NCBI GenBank assembly: GCA_016702655.1
Contig: JADJDO010000020.1
Span: 43,627 to 107,626 of the forward strand
Origin: Ideonella sp.
GTDB taxonomy: Bacteria > Pseudomonadota > Gammaproteobacteria > Burkholderiales > Burkholderiaceae_C
Direction of reading: 5' to 3'
DNA length: 64,000 bases
Shown piece by piece: positions 10,014 through 20,515 of this stretch. The position numbers and the translations under genes were made by a program. Positions within the stretch are counted from its first letter, which is position 1. Every line of letters begins with the position of its first letter. The notes under the pieces are model-generated. The model did not search any database, was not told the DNA's origin, and was given only the letters and a program-made list of their open reading frames with translations.

Positions 10014-10558
10014 CTCCAACTCCGGGAGCGGTGCGTATAGGTCAGCAGCGCGGCGAGGGCGAGCGTCGCGAGGCCGATGTCGGGCGGCCGGAGCGCCAGC
10101 GCGAACGCGGCGCCGCTGGCGAAAGCCACCATGCCGGCCGGTACCGTGACCCGCAGCGCGATGCGCGCGACGGCAAAGGCTGTTGCGATGACAGCGAGCA
10201 CGCCAGGGTCGAGCGCTGCAAGGGTGCCGATTGCCGTGGCGACGCCTTTGCCGCCACGCCAACCAAGCTGCGCAGGAAAGACATGGCCGAGCGTGGCCGC
10301 GACGGCGCATAGTGCAGCCGCCTCGGGTGCCCACTGGCGCGCAGCCAAGATCGGGATCACTCCCTTGGTCGCGTCGAGCACGAAGACAAGCGCAAAGCCA
10401 CTGCGCCCGAGAATGCGCCCGGCGTTGCGCGCCCCGGCGTTTCCGCTGCCGAGTTCGCGAATATCGCGTCCATCGCGCCAGCGCAGCAGGTAGTAGCCCG
10501 CATTCAGGCACCCCAAGCCGTAAGCGAAGGCGACTGGAGCCAGATCAACTGCACGCAT
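10010..10558 (-). CDS. Divergent PlsY-family (acyl-phosphate:glycerol-3-phosphate acyltransferase-like) membrane protein
   Basis: 182 aa with GSGNAGARN (canonical GSGNxGATN) and GHVFPAQLGWRGGKGVAT (canonical GHxxPxxxxFKGGKGVAT). Other positions are divergent, so this is probably a paralog rather than the housekeeping plsY. Confidence 0.75.
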   Translation of the reverse strand: MRAVDLAPVAFAYGLGCLNAGYYLLRWRDGRDIRELGSGNAGARNAGRILGRSGFALVFVLDATKGVIPILAARQWAPEAAALCAVAATLGHVFPAQLGWRGGKGVATAIGTLAALDPGVLAVIATAFAVARIALRVTVPAGMVAFASGAAFALALRPPDIGLATLALAALLTYTHRSRSWR

Positions 10559-10846
10559 GTGCTACGAGGCCAGGTGATGTCACTCGGCGAGTCAGCGCCG
10601 CCCAACCTACAAGCCCGATTGCCGCGCGGTGAACTCGGATGGACCGACTGTTCGAATTCTGCGGTCCTGGCGCAAGCGCGAACTGAGCAGAGTCAATGCC
10701 TGGATATCATGGCCGCCCGCGGAGCTGCGGCGGTTCGACCTGCCAGTCGATCAACGGTGCGGCGTTGCGCCGGCAACCAGCAGGCCGGCGCCCGCCGGGC
10801 GACAGGTCAATGAATTGACGCGGTCCGGGTCGCGCAGTCGGTGAGG

Positions 10847-10997
10847 TGATCACGCCGCGCCGACAAACGCCCGCAACTCCCCCGCCATGCGCGTCAGCGA
10901 CGGCTGGTGGATGTACATCATGTGGCCGGCCTCGAAGTAGCTGAGCGCGATCTTCTGCCACTGGGCGTCGCGCAGGCCCAGGTGGTTGATCGTGTAG
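10847..10997. repeat. Direct repeat copy B (3' end of the intact S10 peptidase gene)
   Basis: See copy A at 3522..3672. Confidence 0.9.
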
Positions 10998-12331
10998 TCG
11001 CCCGCCGCATGCGGCGTCGCGAGGTCGTAGTAGCCGCTCGCGACGTAGACGCGCATGTGGGCGTTGCTGTGCATCGCGCGGCGCAGGCTCGCGCCGACGT
11101 TGACGTACTTGTTCTCGAAGCCCTTCCAGGTCCACTTGTCCCAGATCGGCGCGTGCACGACGTAGGGCGCGTCGGAGTCGTACTGCAGCGTCGTCTTGAG
11201 CAGGCGGTTGATGCAGCTCGCATACGCGCCGGCGAGGTTGCTCATCGCGGCGTCTTCCTCGGGCTTCTCGCCCGCGTCGTCGCGGTCGATGCCGAGAAAG
11301 CGCGTGTCGAGCCGCCCGACGGTCTGGCCGCGGTGGCGCAGCAGCTCTTTGAAGTAGCGAAATTCCCCCAGGCGCAGGTCGCTGCGCAGCACGTATTCGG
11401 TCGAGAGGCCCGAGTAGCGCGCCACCTGGCCGGCCACATGCTCGCGCGTCGCCGCGTCGAGGCGCGAACCCTGCAGCAGCGCCGCGCTGTAGTCACCGAG
11501 TGCAAAGGCCTCGGCCTGCGCAATCACGTCCTTTAGCGGCTTCTTCTGCAGCTCGGGCGTCAATGCCTTGTGGTACCAGGCCGTCGCCGCGTAGGTCGGC
11601 AGGAAGAGCGCGTAGGGCAGCTCGTTGCCGTGGTCGAAGCTCAAGGTCTGCAGGTCGATCGCGAGCGAAACGAGCATCAGGCCGTTCAGGAAGATGTCGT
11701 GCTTCTCCTGCAGGTGCAGCGACAGGCCCGCGGCGCGCGTCGTGCCGTAGCTCTCGCCGATCAGGTACTTGGGCGCATCCCAGCGCCCGTAGCGCGTCAG
11801 GTAGAGGCGGATGAAGTCGCCCACCGCGTCGAGGTCGCGCTGGTAGTCGTGGAACTCGGCCGTCTTCTCGCCCTCGGCCATGCGCGAGTGGCCGGTGCCG
11901 ATGGGGTCGATGAAGACGAGGTCGCTGTCGGTGAGCAGCGTGTGCTCGTTGTCGACGAGTGCATAGGGCGGCGGCGGCGCGTTGCCCATCTCGTCGGTCG
12001 CGACGCGCTGCGGGCCGAGGATGCCCAGATGCAGCCAGACGCTGCTCGATCCCGGCCCGCCGTTGAAGCTGAACGTGACCGGGCGCGGCTTGGCCGAAGT
12101 CGCGTTGTCGAGCGTGTACGCAATGAAGAACAGCTCCGCGCGCGGCTTGTCGGCACTGCGCTGGCCGTTCTTGTCGGCCTCGTCCTCGCGCAGCACGAGC
12201 GTGCCGCAGGTGGCGGTGTATTCGAGCGCGCGCCGGCCGAGCCTGAGCTTGTGCTGCGTCGTGACGAGGCGCTCCTTCAGCGCCGGCGGCGCAGGCTCGG
12301 TCTTCGCGCGGGGCTCGAGGATATCGGCCAT
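10850..12331 (-). CDS. S10-family serine carboxypeptidase
   Basis: 493 aa with NGGPGSSSVWLHLG and the catalytic-serine motif GESYGT. Confidence 0.9.
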   Translation of the reverse strand: MADILEPRAKTEPAPPALKERLVTTQHKLRLGRRALEYTATCGTLVLREDEADKNGQRSADKPRAELFFIAYTLDNATSAKPRPVTFSFNGGPGSSSVWLHLGILGPQRVATDEMGNAPPPPYALVDNEHTLLTDSDLVFIDPIGTGHSRMAEGEKTAEFHDYQRDLDAVGDFIRLYLTRYGRWDAPKYLIGESYGTTRAAGLSLHLQEKHDIFLNGLMLVSLAIDLQTLSFDHGNELPYALFLPTYAATAWYHKALTPELQKKPLKDVIAQAEAFALGDYSAALLQGSRLDAATREHVAGQVARYSGLSTEYVLRSDLRLGEFRYFKELLRHRGQTVGRLDTRFLGIDRDDAGEKPEEDAAMSNLAGAYASCINRLLKTTLQYDSDAPYVVHAPIWDKWTWKGFENKYVNVGASLRRAMHSNAHMRVYVASGYYDLATPHAAGDYTINHLGLRDAQWQKIALSYFEAGHMMYIHQPSLTRMAGELRAFVGAA

Positions 12332-12380
12332 GGCAGGTGCAAGTCGTTAGAGTCGGGTGCGCGCACTGTAGCCCTTTCGC

Positions 12381-13208
12381 ATGCCCCCTCGCCTCAAGGC
12401 CTTCTCGGCCGTCGCCGGCATCGACTTCACGAGCCGGCCGACACGCGCCAAGCCGATCACGGTCGCGCTCGGGCGAGTTGCGCCGGGCGTGGTGCGGCTC
12501 GAGCGCGTCGATGCCCATGCCTCGTTCGAATCCTTCGCCACCTGGCTGAGCACGCCGGGGCCCTGGCTCGCCGCGTTCGACCTGCCTTTCGGCCTGCCGC
12601 GCGAACTCGTCGCGGCGCTAGGCTGGCCGACGACCTGGCTGGCGTTGATGCGCCACTACGCCACGCTCGACCGGCACCAGATCCGCGCTGCCTTCAAGGC
12701 CTTCTGCGACGCGCGTCCTGCCGGCGCCAAGTTCGCGCACCGGGCCACCGACGGACCGGCCGGATCGTCGCCGTCGATGAAGTGGGTCAACCCGCCGGTG
12801 GCGTGGATGATGCATGCCGGCGTGCCGCTGCTGATCGATGCCGGGCTGCACCTGCCGGCGTTGCACGACGGTGACGTGTCGCGCGTTGCGCTCGAAGGCT
12901 ATCCCGGCCTGCTGGCGCGCGAACTCGCTGGCACGCGCTCGTACAAGAGCGACGCGCGTGCGAAGCAGACGCCCGAGCGCCTGATCGCGCGCAAGGACAT
13001 CGTCGATGCGCTCGAGCAGGGCCGCACGAGGCTGGCGCTGCGCCTGAAGCTCACGCACGCGCAGCGCGACGCGCTGGTCGCCGACGCGACCGGCGACCGG
13101 CTCGACGCCGTGCTGTGCCTGATGCAGGCCGGCTGGGCCGCGGGCCGCCCCGGCTACGGGCTGCCGCAGGCTGTCGATGCGATCGAGGGCTGGATCGTCA
13201 GCGCCTGA
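12381..13208 (+). CDS. DUF429 domain protein (predicted RNase H-fold protein)
   Basis: 275 aa. N-terminal GIDFTS..., central RATDGPAGSSPSMKW and C-terminal GDRLDAVLC fit my recollection of DUF429. Confidence 0.7.
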   Translation: MPPRLKAFSAVAGIDFTSRPTRAKPITVALGRVAPGVVRLERVDAHASFESFATWLSTPGPWLAAFDLPFGLPRELVAALGWPTTWLALMRHYATLDRHQIRAAFKAFCDARPAGAKFAHRATDGPAGSSPSMKWVNPPVAWMMHAGVPLLIDAGLHLPALHDGDVSRVALEGYPGLLARELAGTRSYKSDARAKQTPERLIARKDIVDALEQGRTRLALRLKLTHAQRDALVADATGDRLDAVLCLMQAGWAAGRPGYGLPQAVDAIEGWIVSA

Positions 13209-13242
13209 GGCAGGCCGCTAGCCCGCCCCGCGCGGTGCCGGT

Positions 13243-13773
13243 TCAATCGACCGTCTCGTACAGCCTGACGATCGCCGCATCGGGCAGGGTCGCGGTGCCG
13301 GTGCGATCGACGGTCAGCATGACGTAGTAGGCATACTTCGAGAAGTCGAAGGTCGTCGAGGTCAGCCACTCCCACTGGGTCTGCTCGTTTGCGCTGCCTG
13401 CGTAGCTGTCGCTGTCGACGGTGCCGATGAGCGTGATGCCGCCGTTCGCGTTGGTGACGCGGTAGAGCTGGGCGATGACGCGTTCGCCGCTGCCATTGTC
13501 CTTGAACACCAGTTCCATCGCGTTCCAGTACGCACTGTGCCGGTTGTCGATCACGTTGCAGCGCGCGTAGATCTTGCCGGTGTTCGTGCCCTTGTGGCGC
13601 AGGCGCGCCCCGTTGGTGTCGAACTTGGCCATGCTCGCTTCGTCGACCGAGCAGGCCGCCGCGACATGGGTCCACATTTGCGCGGCGGCGTCGGCCGGGG
13701 CCGCAAGCAGCGCCAGCGTTGGGACGATGGCCGCGCACAGACCACGCGCCGAGCTCAGGAATCGGTTCGTCAT
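13243..13773 (-). CDS. Secreted hypothetical protein (176 aa)
   Basis: Signal peptide LCAAIVPTLALLAAPADAAAQ, strong GC3 coding bias, two Cys residues. I recognise no family. Confidence 0.65.
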   Translation of the reverse strand: MTNRFLSSARGLCAAIVPTLALLAAPADAAAQMWTHVAAACSVDEASMAKFDTNGARLRHKGTNTGKIYARCNVIDNRHSAYWNAMELVFKDNGSGERVIAQLYRVTNANGGITLIGTVDSDSYAGSANEQTQWEWLTSTTFDFSKYAYYVMLTVDRTGTATLPDAAIVRLYETVD

Positions 13774-14064
13774 GATGCATCCTCCTTCAGGCGTTGCGGA
13801 CGAGAGGGGCTATCCAGCGGGGCGCCCCCTGGGGCGCCAGCGGCGCCTCCGAGCCCACGGTACGCCTGCAACGCGCGAGCCGCGCCCCCTCTGCGGGGGG
13901 TATCGACGGGGTTCGACGCGGCTTCGGGCCGCGCAGGTGCTGCGCGGACTCGACGCCGCCCGGCATCAGGCCGCCGCCGTTGCGCTTGCTCTCGGCTACA
14001 GTGCAGCGCCCGGGAGCGTCACCTTGCCTCCCGCTACCTGCCAAACCCACCCGACGGGAAAACG

Positions 14065-15261
14065 ATGACCGCAACTCCTTCTTGCAGGATTCTTCTCGCC
14101 GCCGCCGCGATGCTCGCCGCTTGCGGCGGCGCGCAGGCCCAGGCCTTCGATGCGGTGCGCCTCTTCGGCCCGGTCGAGGGCGACGGCGCGGGCACCGTCG
14201 GCGCGGTCGTGATTGCCTCGCCGCGCTACCTCGGCTCCGACGAACGCTCCTGGCTCGTGCTGCCGAGCCTCGACTACCGCTGGAAGAACGGCTGGTTCGC
14301 CGGGCTGTCCAACGGCATCGGATACCTCTTCCCGTCACGCCCGGACATGCAGGTCGGCCTGCGCGTCACGGCCGATATCGGACGCAAGGAGAGCCGCTCC
14401 GACGCGCTCGAGGGCATGGGCAGCATCCACACGCGTGCCGAGGCCGGCGCCTTCTTCAACTACTTCCCGACGCGCGAGACCTTTCTCACCTCGTCGCTGC
14501 GCTACGGCGCCGGCAACGACTGGAACGGCATGCAGATCGACCTCGGTGCCGGCTACACGACGGCGCTCGCCGCGCAGTGGCGCGCCACTGCCGGCGTCGC
14601 CACGACCTACGTCAACGGCACCTACATGCAGGACTACTTCGGCGTCAGCGCGCAGCAGTCGGCGTCGAGCGGCTATGCGGTCTATGCGCCCGGGGCCGGG
14701 TTTCGCGACGTCCGCCTGACGACCTCGCTCGTCTACTCGATCGACGCGCGCTGGTCGCTCACCGGCGTGTTCGGCGCGAGCTGGCTGCAGGGCGACGCGC
14801 GCGACAGCCCGATCGTCTTCGAGTCGACGGCGCTGAGCGCGATCGTTGCGCTGAGCTACGGTTTTCTGGGGGCTGCGCGCGAGCGCAGTCAGCCCTGCCC
14901 GAGCGATGAAGGTCGACTAGCGCCGTTCCGGTGCAAGTCCGGCCAGCGCGGCGACGAGTTGGGCATGGCTCTGCAAGTCCACCGGCCGATGCTTGACGGT
15001 CGTGCTCGCCGGCCGCTTGCCGAGCCAGGCGCCTTCGCGCCACTCGCGCGCCGGCCGCACCGGCCGCGGCACGAAGCCGCCGCCGCAGTTGGGGCAGACG
15101 TTGGCGAGCAGCCCGTCCACGCAGCGCGCGCAGAAGGTGCACTCGAAGCTGCAGATGCGCGCGTCAGTCGAGTCGGCGGGCAGGGCGGTATTGCAGTGTT
15201 CGCAGGTCGGGCGCAGTTCAAGCATCGTCGGATCTCTCCTCGGTGGTCCGCGCCACGATGA
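14065..15261 (+). CDS. mipA: MipA/OmpV-family outer-membrane protein. The literal ORF runs ~130 codons past the expected barrel terminus
   Basis: Signal peptide, then MipA-like strands (LPSLDYRWKNGWFAG...). The conserved C-terminal strand ends ...VALSYGF at 14865, but there is no in-frame stop until 15261, so the tail overlaps the convergent DUF1272 gene. A G5 run lies at 14868-14872. Confidence 0.7.
   Translation: MTATPSCRILLAAAAMLAACGGAQAQAFDAVRLFGPVEGDGAGTVGAVVIASPRYLGSDERSWLVLPSLDYRWKNGWFAGLSNGIGYLFPSRPDMQVGLRVTADIGRKESRSDALEGMGSIHTRAEAGAFFNYFPTRETFLTSSLRYGAGNDWNGMQIDLGAGYTTALAAQWRATAGVATTYVNGTYMQDYFGVSAQQSASSGYAVYAPGAGFRDVRLTTSLVYSIDARWSLTGVFGASWLQGDARDSPIVFESTALSAIVALSYGFLGAARERSQPCPSDEGRLAPFRCKSGQRGDELGMALQVHRPMLDGRARRPLAEPGAFAPLARRPHRPRHEAAAAVGADVGEQPVHAARAEGALEAADARVSRVGGQGGIAVFAGRAQFKHRRISPRWSAPR
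14917..15225 (-). CDS. DUF1272 zinc-ribbon protein
   Basis: MLELRPTCEHCNTALPADSTDARICSFECTFCARCVDGLLANVCPNCGG matches the DUF1272 Cys pattern. Confidence 0.85.
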   Translation of the reverse strand: MLELRPTCEHCNTALPADSTDARICSFECTFCARCVDGLLANVCPNCGGGFVPRPVRPAREWREGAWLGKRPASTTVKHRPVDLQSHAQLVAALAGLAPERR

Positions 15262-15688
15262 GCGGCATCAGCGCGAAGGCGACCAGCATCGTGGCATAGA
15301 CCGCACCCGAGACCGGATCGCGGCTCTCGAGGTAGCCGGCGAGCGTGCCGCCCTGAAGTTGCAGAACGAGGCCGAACTCGGCGGCGAGCAGCAGCGCGAG
15401 CGCGAGCAGGCCCGCCCAGAAGCGCCCGGCCGTGGTCGGCCCGAGCGCGTGGCGGTGCACGACCCAACGTGCGGCGACCACGATCACGACCAGCATCAGC
15501 GGCATCTCGGCGAGCTCGGCCCAGCGCACGCCCAGGCGCGGCACGAGCAGCGGCACGCGAATCGTGCCGAGCACGAAACCGGCAGCGAAGACGCAGCCGA
15601 AATAGAGCAGGCCGGCGCGCAGGACGCGACCGCTTGCAACGTGCAGGGGCCGTGCCCGCGCGTCACTTCGCGCGCCGGTGGGCAGCAT
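15218..15688 (-). CDS. Small 4-TM membrane protein of unknown family (start uncertain, 15688 or 15721)
   Basis: Four hydrophobic segments. Its stop overlaps the DUF1272 start by 8 nt (ATGCTTGA). Its start lies inside the 3' end of the DUF2164 gene. Confidence 0.55.
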   Translation of the reverse strand: MLPTGARSDARARPLHVASGRVLRAGLLYFGCVFAAGFVLGTIRVPLLVPRLGVRWAELAEMPLMLVVIVVAARWVVHRHALGPTTAGRFWAGLLALALLLAAEFGLVLQLQGGTLAGYLESRDPVSGAVYATMLVAFALMPLIVARTTEERSDDA

Positions 15689-15944
15689 CGTGCTTGCGCC
15701 AGTAGCCGAACTCGTCGGCATGGCACTCGATGTCGAGCTCGCTCACGCGCGACTGCATCCGCTCCTGCGCGTCGGCGATGGCCCGGTTGTAGATGCAGGG
15801 GCCGATCTCCTCGAGAAAGTAGTTCAGCAGCGCCGCGGCCTGGATGTTGCCGATGCGCTCGTCGAACTGCTCGCGCCAATAGCGCTCGATCGAGGCCACC
15901 GCCTGGTTGCGGGCCTCCTTGGCGAGTTCGATCGCCATGCTCAT
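15663..15944 (-). CDS. DUF2164 domain protein
   Basis: MSMAIELAKEARNQAVASIERYWREQFDERIGNIQAAALLNYFLEEIGPCIYNRAIADA fits DUF2164. The ATG overlaps the upstream stop (ATGA). Confidence 0.8.
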   Translation of the reverse strand: MSMAIELAKEARNQAVASIERYWREQFDERIGNIQAAALLNYFLEEIGPCIYNRAIADAQERMQSRVSELDIECHADEFGYWRKHDAAHRRAK

Positions 15945-16324
15945 GCCCCCGGCGTGAAGATGGCGTAGCTGCCGCTCGCGGTGGCGACGAGCGCGCCGCC
16001 AGCATGCAGGCGCGACTCGAGGTGCGCGACGCGCCGGCCGCGGTTGACGAGTTCGGTGCTGCACGTGACTTCGGTGCCGGTGGCGACGGGCTTGAAGTAG
16101 TGCATCGTGATCTGGATCGTGGCGCAGAGCTGGCCCGTGTCTAAAGTCGGGTAGAGCGCTGCGCCCATGCCGGTATCGGCCAGGGCGTACAGCACCGCGC
16201 CATGGGCGACGCCGTGCGGGTTGAGATGCTGCGCGGCGATCGTCAGGGTCGATTCGCTCGCGCCGGCGCGCTGCGCATGGACTGCAAAGCCGAGCAGGTC
16301 GGCGAAGGGGTGGGTGTGCTTCAC
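15941..16324 (-). CDS. PaaI-family hotdog-fold thioesterase (GTG start at 16324 is tentative)
   Basis: HPFADLLGF...NPHGVAHGAVLYALADTGMGAAL...VNRGRRVAHLESRL is a typical PaaI/4HBT pattern. The longer ORF 15941..16570 would overlap the copZ-like gene. Confidence 0.75.
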   Translation of the reverse strand: MKHTHPFADLLGFAVHAQRAGASESTLTIAAQHLNPHGVAHGAVLYALADTGMGAALYPTLDTGQLCATIQITMHYFKPVATGTEVTCSTELVNRGRRVAHLESRLHAGGALVATASGSYAIFTPGA

Positions 16325-16433
16325 TGCGGGGCTCCGTCGTCGCTTCGGAGTCCATTGTGCGGCGCCGGCGCACAGGCCTCGCAGCGCGCCGTAACATCCA
16401 GGCCTTGCCCGCCTGTCCGACCCGGAGCCGATC

Positions 16434-16625
16434 ATGATCGAACTCACCCTGCCCACCATGACCTGCAACCACTGCGTCCAGACCGTGACCCGAACCGTGG
16501 CCCAGGTGGACCCGGCCGCGACGACGCAGATCGACCTGCCCACGCATCGCGTGCGCATCGAGTCGGCCAAGCCGACCGAGGCCTTTGCCGAGGCGCTGGC
16601 CGAGGAGGGCTACGCGCCCGCGTGA
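16434..16625 (+). CDS. Heavy-metal-associated (HMA) domain protein, CopZ-like
   Basis: 63 aa with the MTCNHC metal-binding motif in the first loop. Confidence 0.85.
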   Translation: MIELTLPTMTCNHCVQTVTRTVAQVDPAATTQIDLPTHRVRIESAKPTEAFAEALAEEGYAPA

Positions 16626-16834
16626 GACGACATCGAACGCTCGTCTGCAGTTTCGTGCGCGCGGCCGAGCCCGCCGTCCACGTCCTCGCACAGGTACGAC
16701 GGTGCGCGCCAAAGCCGGGTTCCGCGCTGGCGTGCCGTTCGCGGCCGACGACTTGGCGCCCTCCGTCAACCGGACCAAGGGGTCGACCTCGTCAAGCGTG
16801 AGTACGCGCGCAGTGCTTGCTGGAGCACCGGCGT

Positions 16835-17743
16835 TCACATGTCGCGCTCCCACCAACGCTCGTCGAGCGCGCCTTGCAGGAAGGCGATGAAGGCCGCCAC
16901 CTTGGACGGCACGAGCTTGGGCGACGGATAGACGGCGTGCAGTTCCTGCACCGGCAGCGCGAAGCCCTCGAGCACCGGACGCAGGCTGCCGTCCGCAACC
17001 GACTCGCGCGCAACGTACCAGGGCAGGGCGGCGAGGCCGTGGCCGGCGCGCGCGGCGGCGAGCACGGCCGACAGGCTGTTGCTGCGCAGCGGGCCCTGCA
17101 CGGCAACCGTGTGGCCGCGGTTGCGAGCGTCGGTGAACTGCCAGCGGTCGTCGCCCTGCACGCTGCTGTAGACGAGGCAGGCGTGACGCGCCAGGTCGGC
17201 CGGCGTGGTCGGCGTGCCGGCCCGCGCCAGGTAGGCCGGCGCCCCGGCGACGAGCCAGGGGTTGGTGCCCAGGTAGCGCGCGCCGAGGGAAGAGTCGGCG
17301 AGCCGCCCCATGCGCAGCGCGAGGTCGACGCCCTGCTCGACGAGGTTCACGTAGCGGTCGTCGAAGCTCAGGTCGACGCTGATGCCGGGGTGTTCGGTCA
17401 TGAAGCGCAGCGCGAGCGGTGTCGCGACGCGGCGGCCGAACGCGACCGAGGTGCTGATGCGCAACTGGCCGCCGACCTTGCTCTGCAGCAGTGCGGCGAG
17501 GTTGTCGGCCTCCTCGAGCTCGCGCTGGATGGCCTTGCATTTTTCGTAGTACAGCGCGCCGATCTCGGTCGCGCTGACGCCGCGCGTGTTGCGGTTGAGC
17601 AGCCGCGCGCCGAGCTTGGCCTCGAGCGCGGCGACATGCTTGGTCGCCGTCGGCTGGCTCACGCCGAGGTCGGCCGAGGCCTTCGAGAAGCTCCCGGTCT
17701 CGACGATGCGGGCGAACAGTTGAACGCCGGTGATGCGGTCCAT
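16835..17743 (-). CDS. LysR-family transcriptional regulator
   Basis: N-terminal wHTH ([23 protein letters not shown]) plus a LysR substrate-binding domain. Divergent from gcl. Confidence 0.9.
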   Translation of the reverse strand: MDRITGVQLFARIVETGSFSKASADLGVSQPTATKHVAALEAKLGARLLNRNTRGVSATEIGALYYEKCKAIQRELEEADNLAALLQSKVGGQLRISTSVAFGRRVATPLALRFMTEHPGISVDLSFDDRYVNLVEQGVDLALRMGRLADSSLGARYLGTNPWLVAGAPAYLARAGTPTTPADLARHACLVYSSVQGDDRWQFTDARNRGHTVAVQGPLRSNSLSAVLAAARAGHGLAALPWYVARESVADGSLRPVLEGFALPVQELHAVYPSPKLVPSKVAAFIAFLQGALDERWWERDM

Positions 17744-17790
17744 GGAGCCTTTCGTTGCCTGGGCCGAATGATGCCGCGGATGGTGCCCCC

Positions 17791-17805
17791 ATTCCGTCCC
17801 GGAAT
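17791..17805. promoter_or_regulatory. Candidate LysR box (T-N11-A) in the LysR/gcl divergent region
   Basis: Perfect inverted repeat ATTCCG-TCC-CGGAAT between 17743 and 17884. Confidence 0.4.
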
Positions 17806-17883
17806 AGCACTTATCTTGCCGATGCGTTGCCGGACGTGCGGCGACTCGCCATCATCCGCTTCAAGTCAACAAGGAGACCCGCG

Positions 17884-19660
<1,777 letters not shown>

Positions 19661-19707
19661 TGCTTCGACAAGCTCAGCACAATCGGAATGCAGCTCAGGA
19701 CCACACC

Positions 19708-20492
19708 ATGCCAAAGTTCGCCGCCAACCTGACGATGCTCTTCAACGAGCATCCCTTCCTCGACCGCTTCGAGGCCGCCGCCCAGGCGGGCTTCGAAGCC
19801 GTTGAGTTCTTGTTCCCCTATGCCTTCCAGACCGCCGAGATCCAGGCGCGGCTCAAGGGCAATGGCCTGAAGCTCGTGCTGCACAACTTGCCCGCCGGTG
19901 ACTGGGACGCCGGAGAACGCGGCATCGCCTGCCTCCCGGATCGGGTGGACGAGTTTCGCGACGGCGTTGCGCGCGCGATCGAAGTCGGCACGGCGCTCGG
20001 CGTGCCGCAACTGAACTGCCTCGCCGGCAAGGCTCGATGGGTGCGAGCGACGCCACGCTGCGCCAGACCTTTGTCGGCAACCTGCGCTACGCGGCGGCCG
20101 AGCTTCAGCGCGCCGGATTGAAGCTGCTCGTCGAGCCGATCAACACCTTCGACATTCCGGGCTTCTATCTGAATCGCACGGCGCAGGCGATCGCGATCCT
20201 CGACGAGGTCGGCTCCGACAATCTCTTTGTGCAGTACGACATCTACCACGCGCAGCGCATGGAGGGCGAGCTCGCGGCGACCCTCGCCAAGCATCTGCCG
20301 CGGATCGCGCATGTGCAGATCGCCGACAACCCGGGCCGCAACGAGCCCGGCAGCGGCGAGATCAACTATCCGTTCCTGTTTGCCCACCTCGACCGAATCG
20401 GCTACGCCGGCTGGGTCGGTTGCGAGTACAAGCCGGCCGCGAGCACCGAGGCCGGGTTGGGCTGGCTGGCCGCCGCGCGGCGCGCGCGCTGA
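19708..20492 (+). pseudogene. hyi: Hydroxypyruvate isomerase with an apparent -1 deletion at ~20035
   Basis: MPKFAANLTMLFNEHPFLDRFEAAAQAGFEAVEF... matches Hyi up to LNCLAGKA. The match continues in another frame (MGASDATLRQTFVGNLRYAA...WVGCEYKP). The span is 785 nt, which is 3n+2. Confidence 0.9.
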
Positions 20493-20515
20493 ATCCTCTG
20501 GAGATCGAACTCATC

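Noticed and set aside
10806-10819. Palindrome GTCAAT-GA-ATTGAC downstream of the S10 peptidase gene.
   Set aside because: It is an isolated 6-bp inverted repeat with no second copy in the window. It could be a weak terminator or chance.
10559-10849. ORFs 10559..10813 and 10629..10844 in the spacer between the PlsY-like gene and the peptidase.
   Set aside because: Their translations lack coding-like composition or any recognisable motif. The region is more likely promoter or spacer DNA.
16325-16570. The longer version of the PaaI thioesterase ORF, starting at 16570.
   Set aside because: The extension is antisense to the well-supported CopZ-like gene and reads as low-complexity sequence. The conserved hotdog domain begins near HPFADLLGF.
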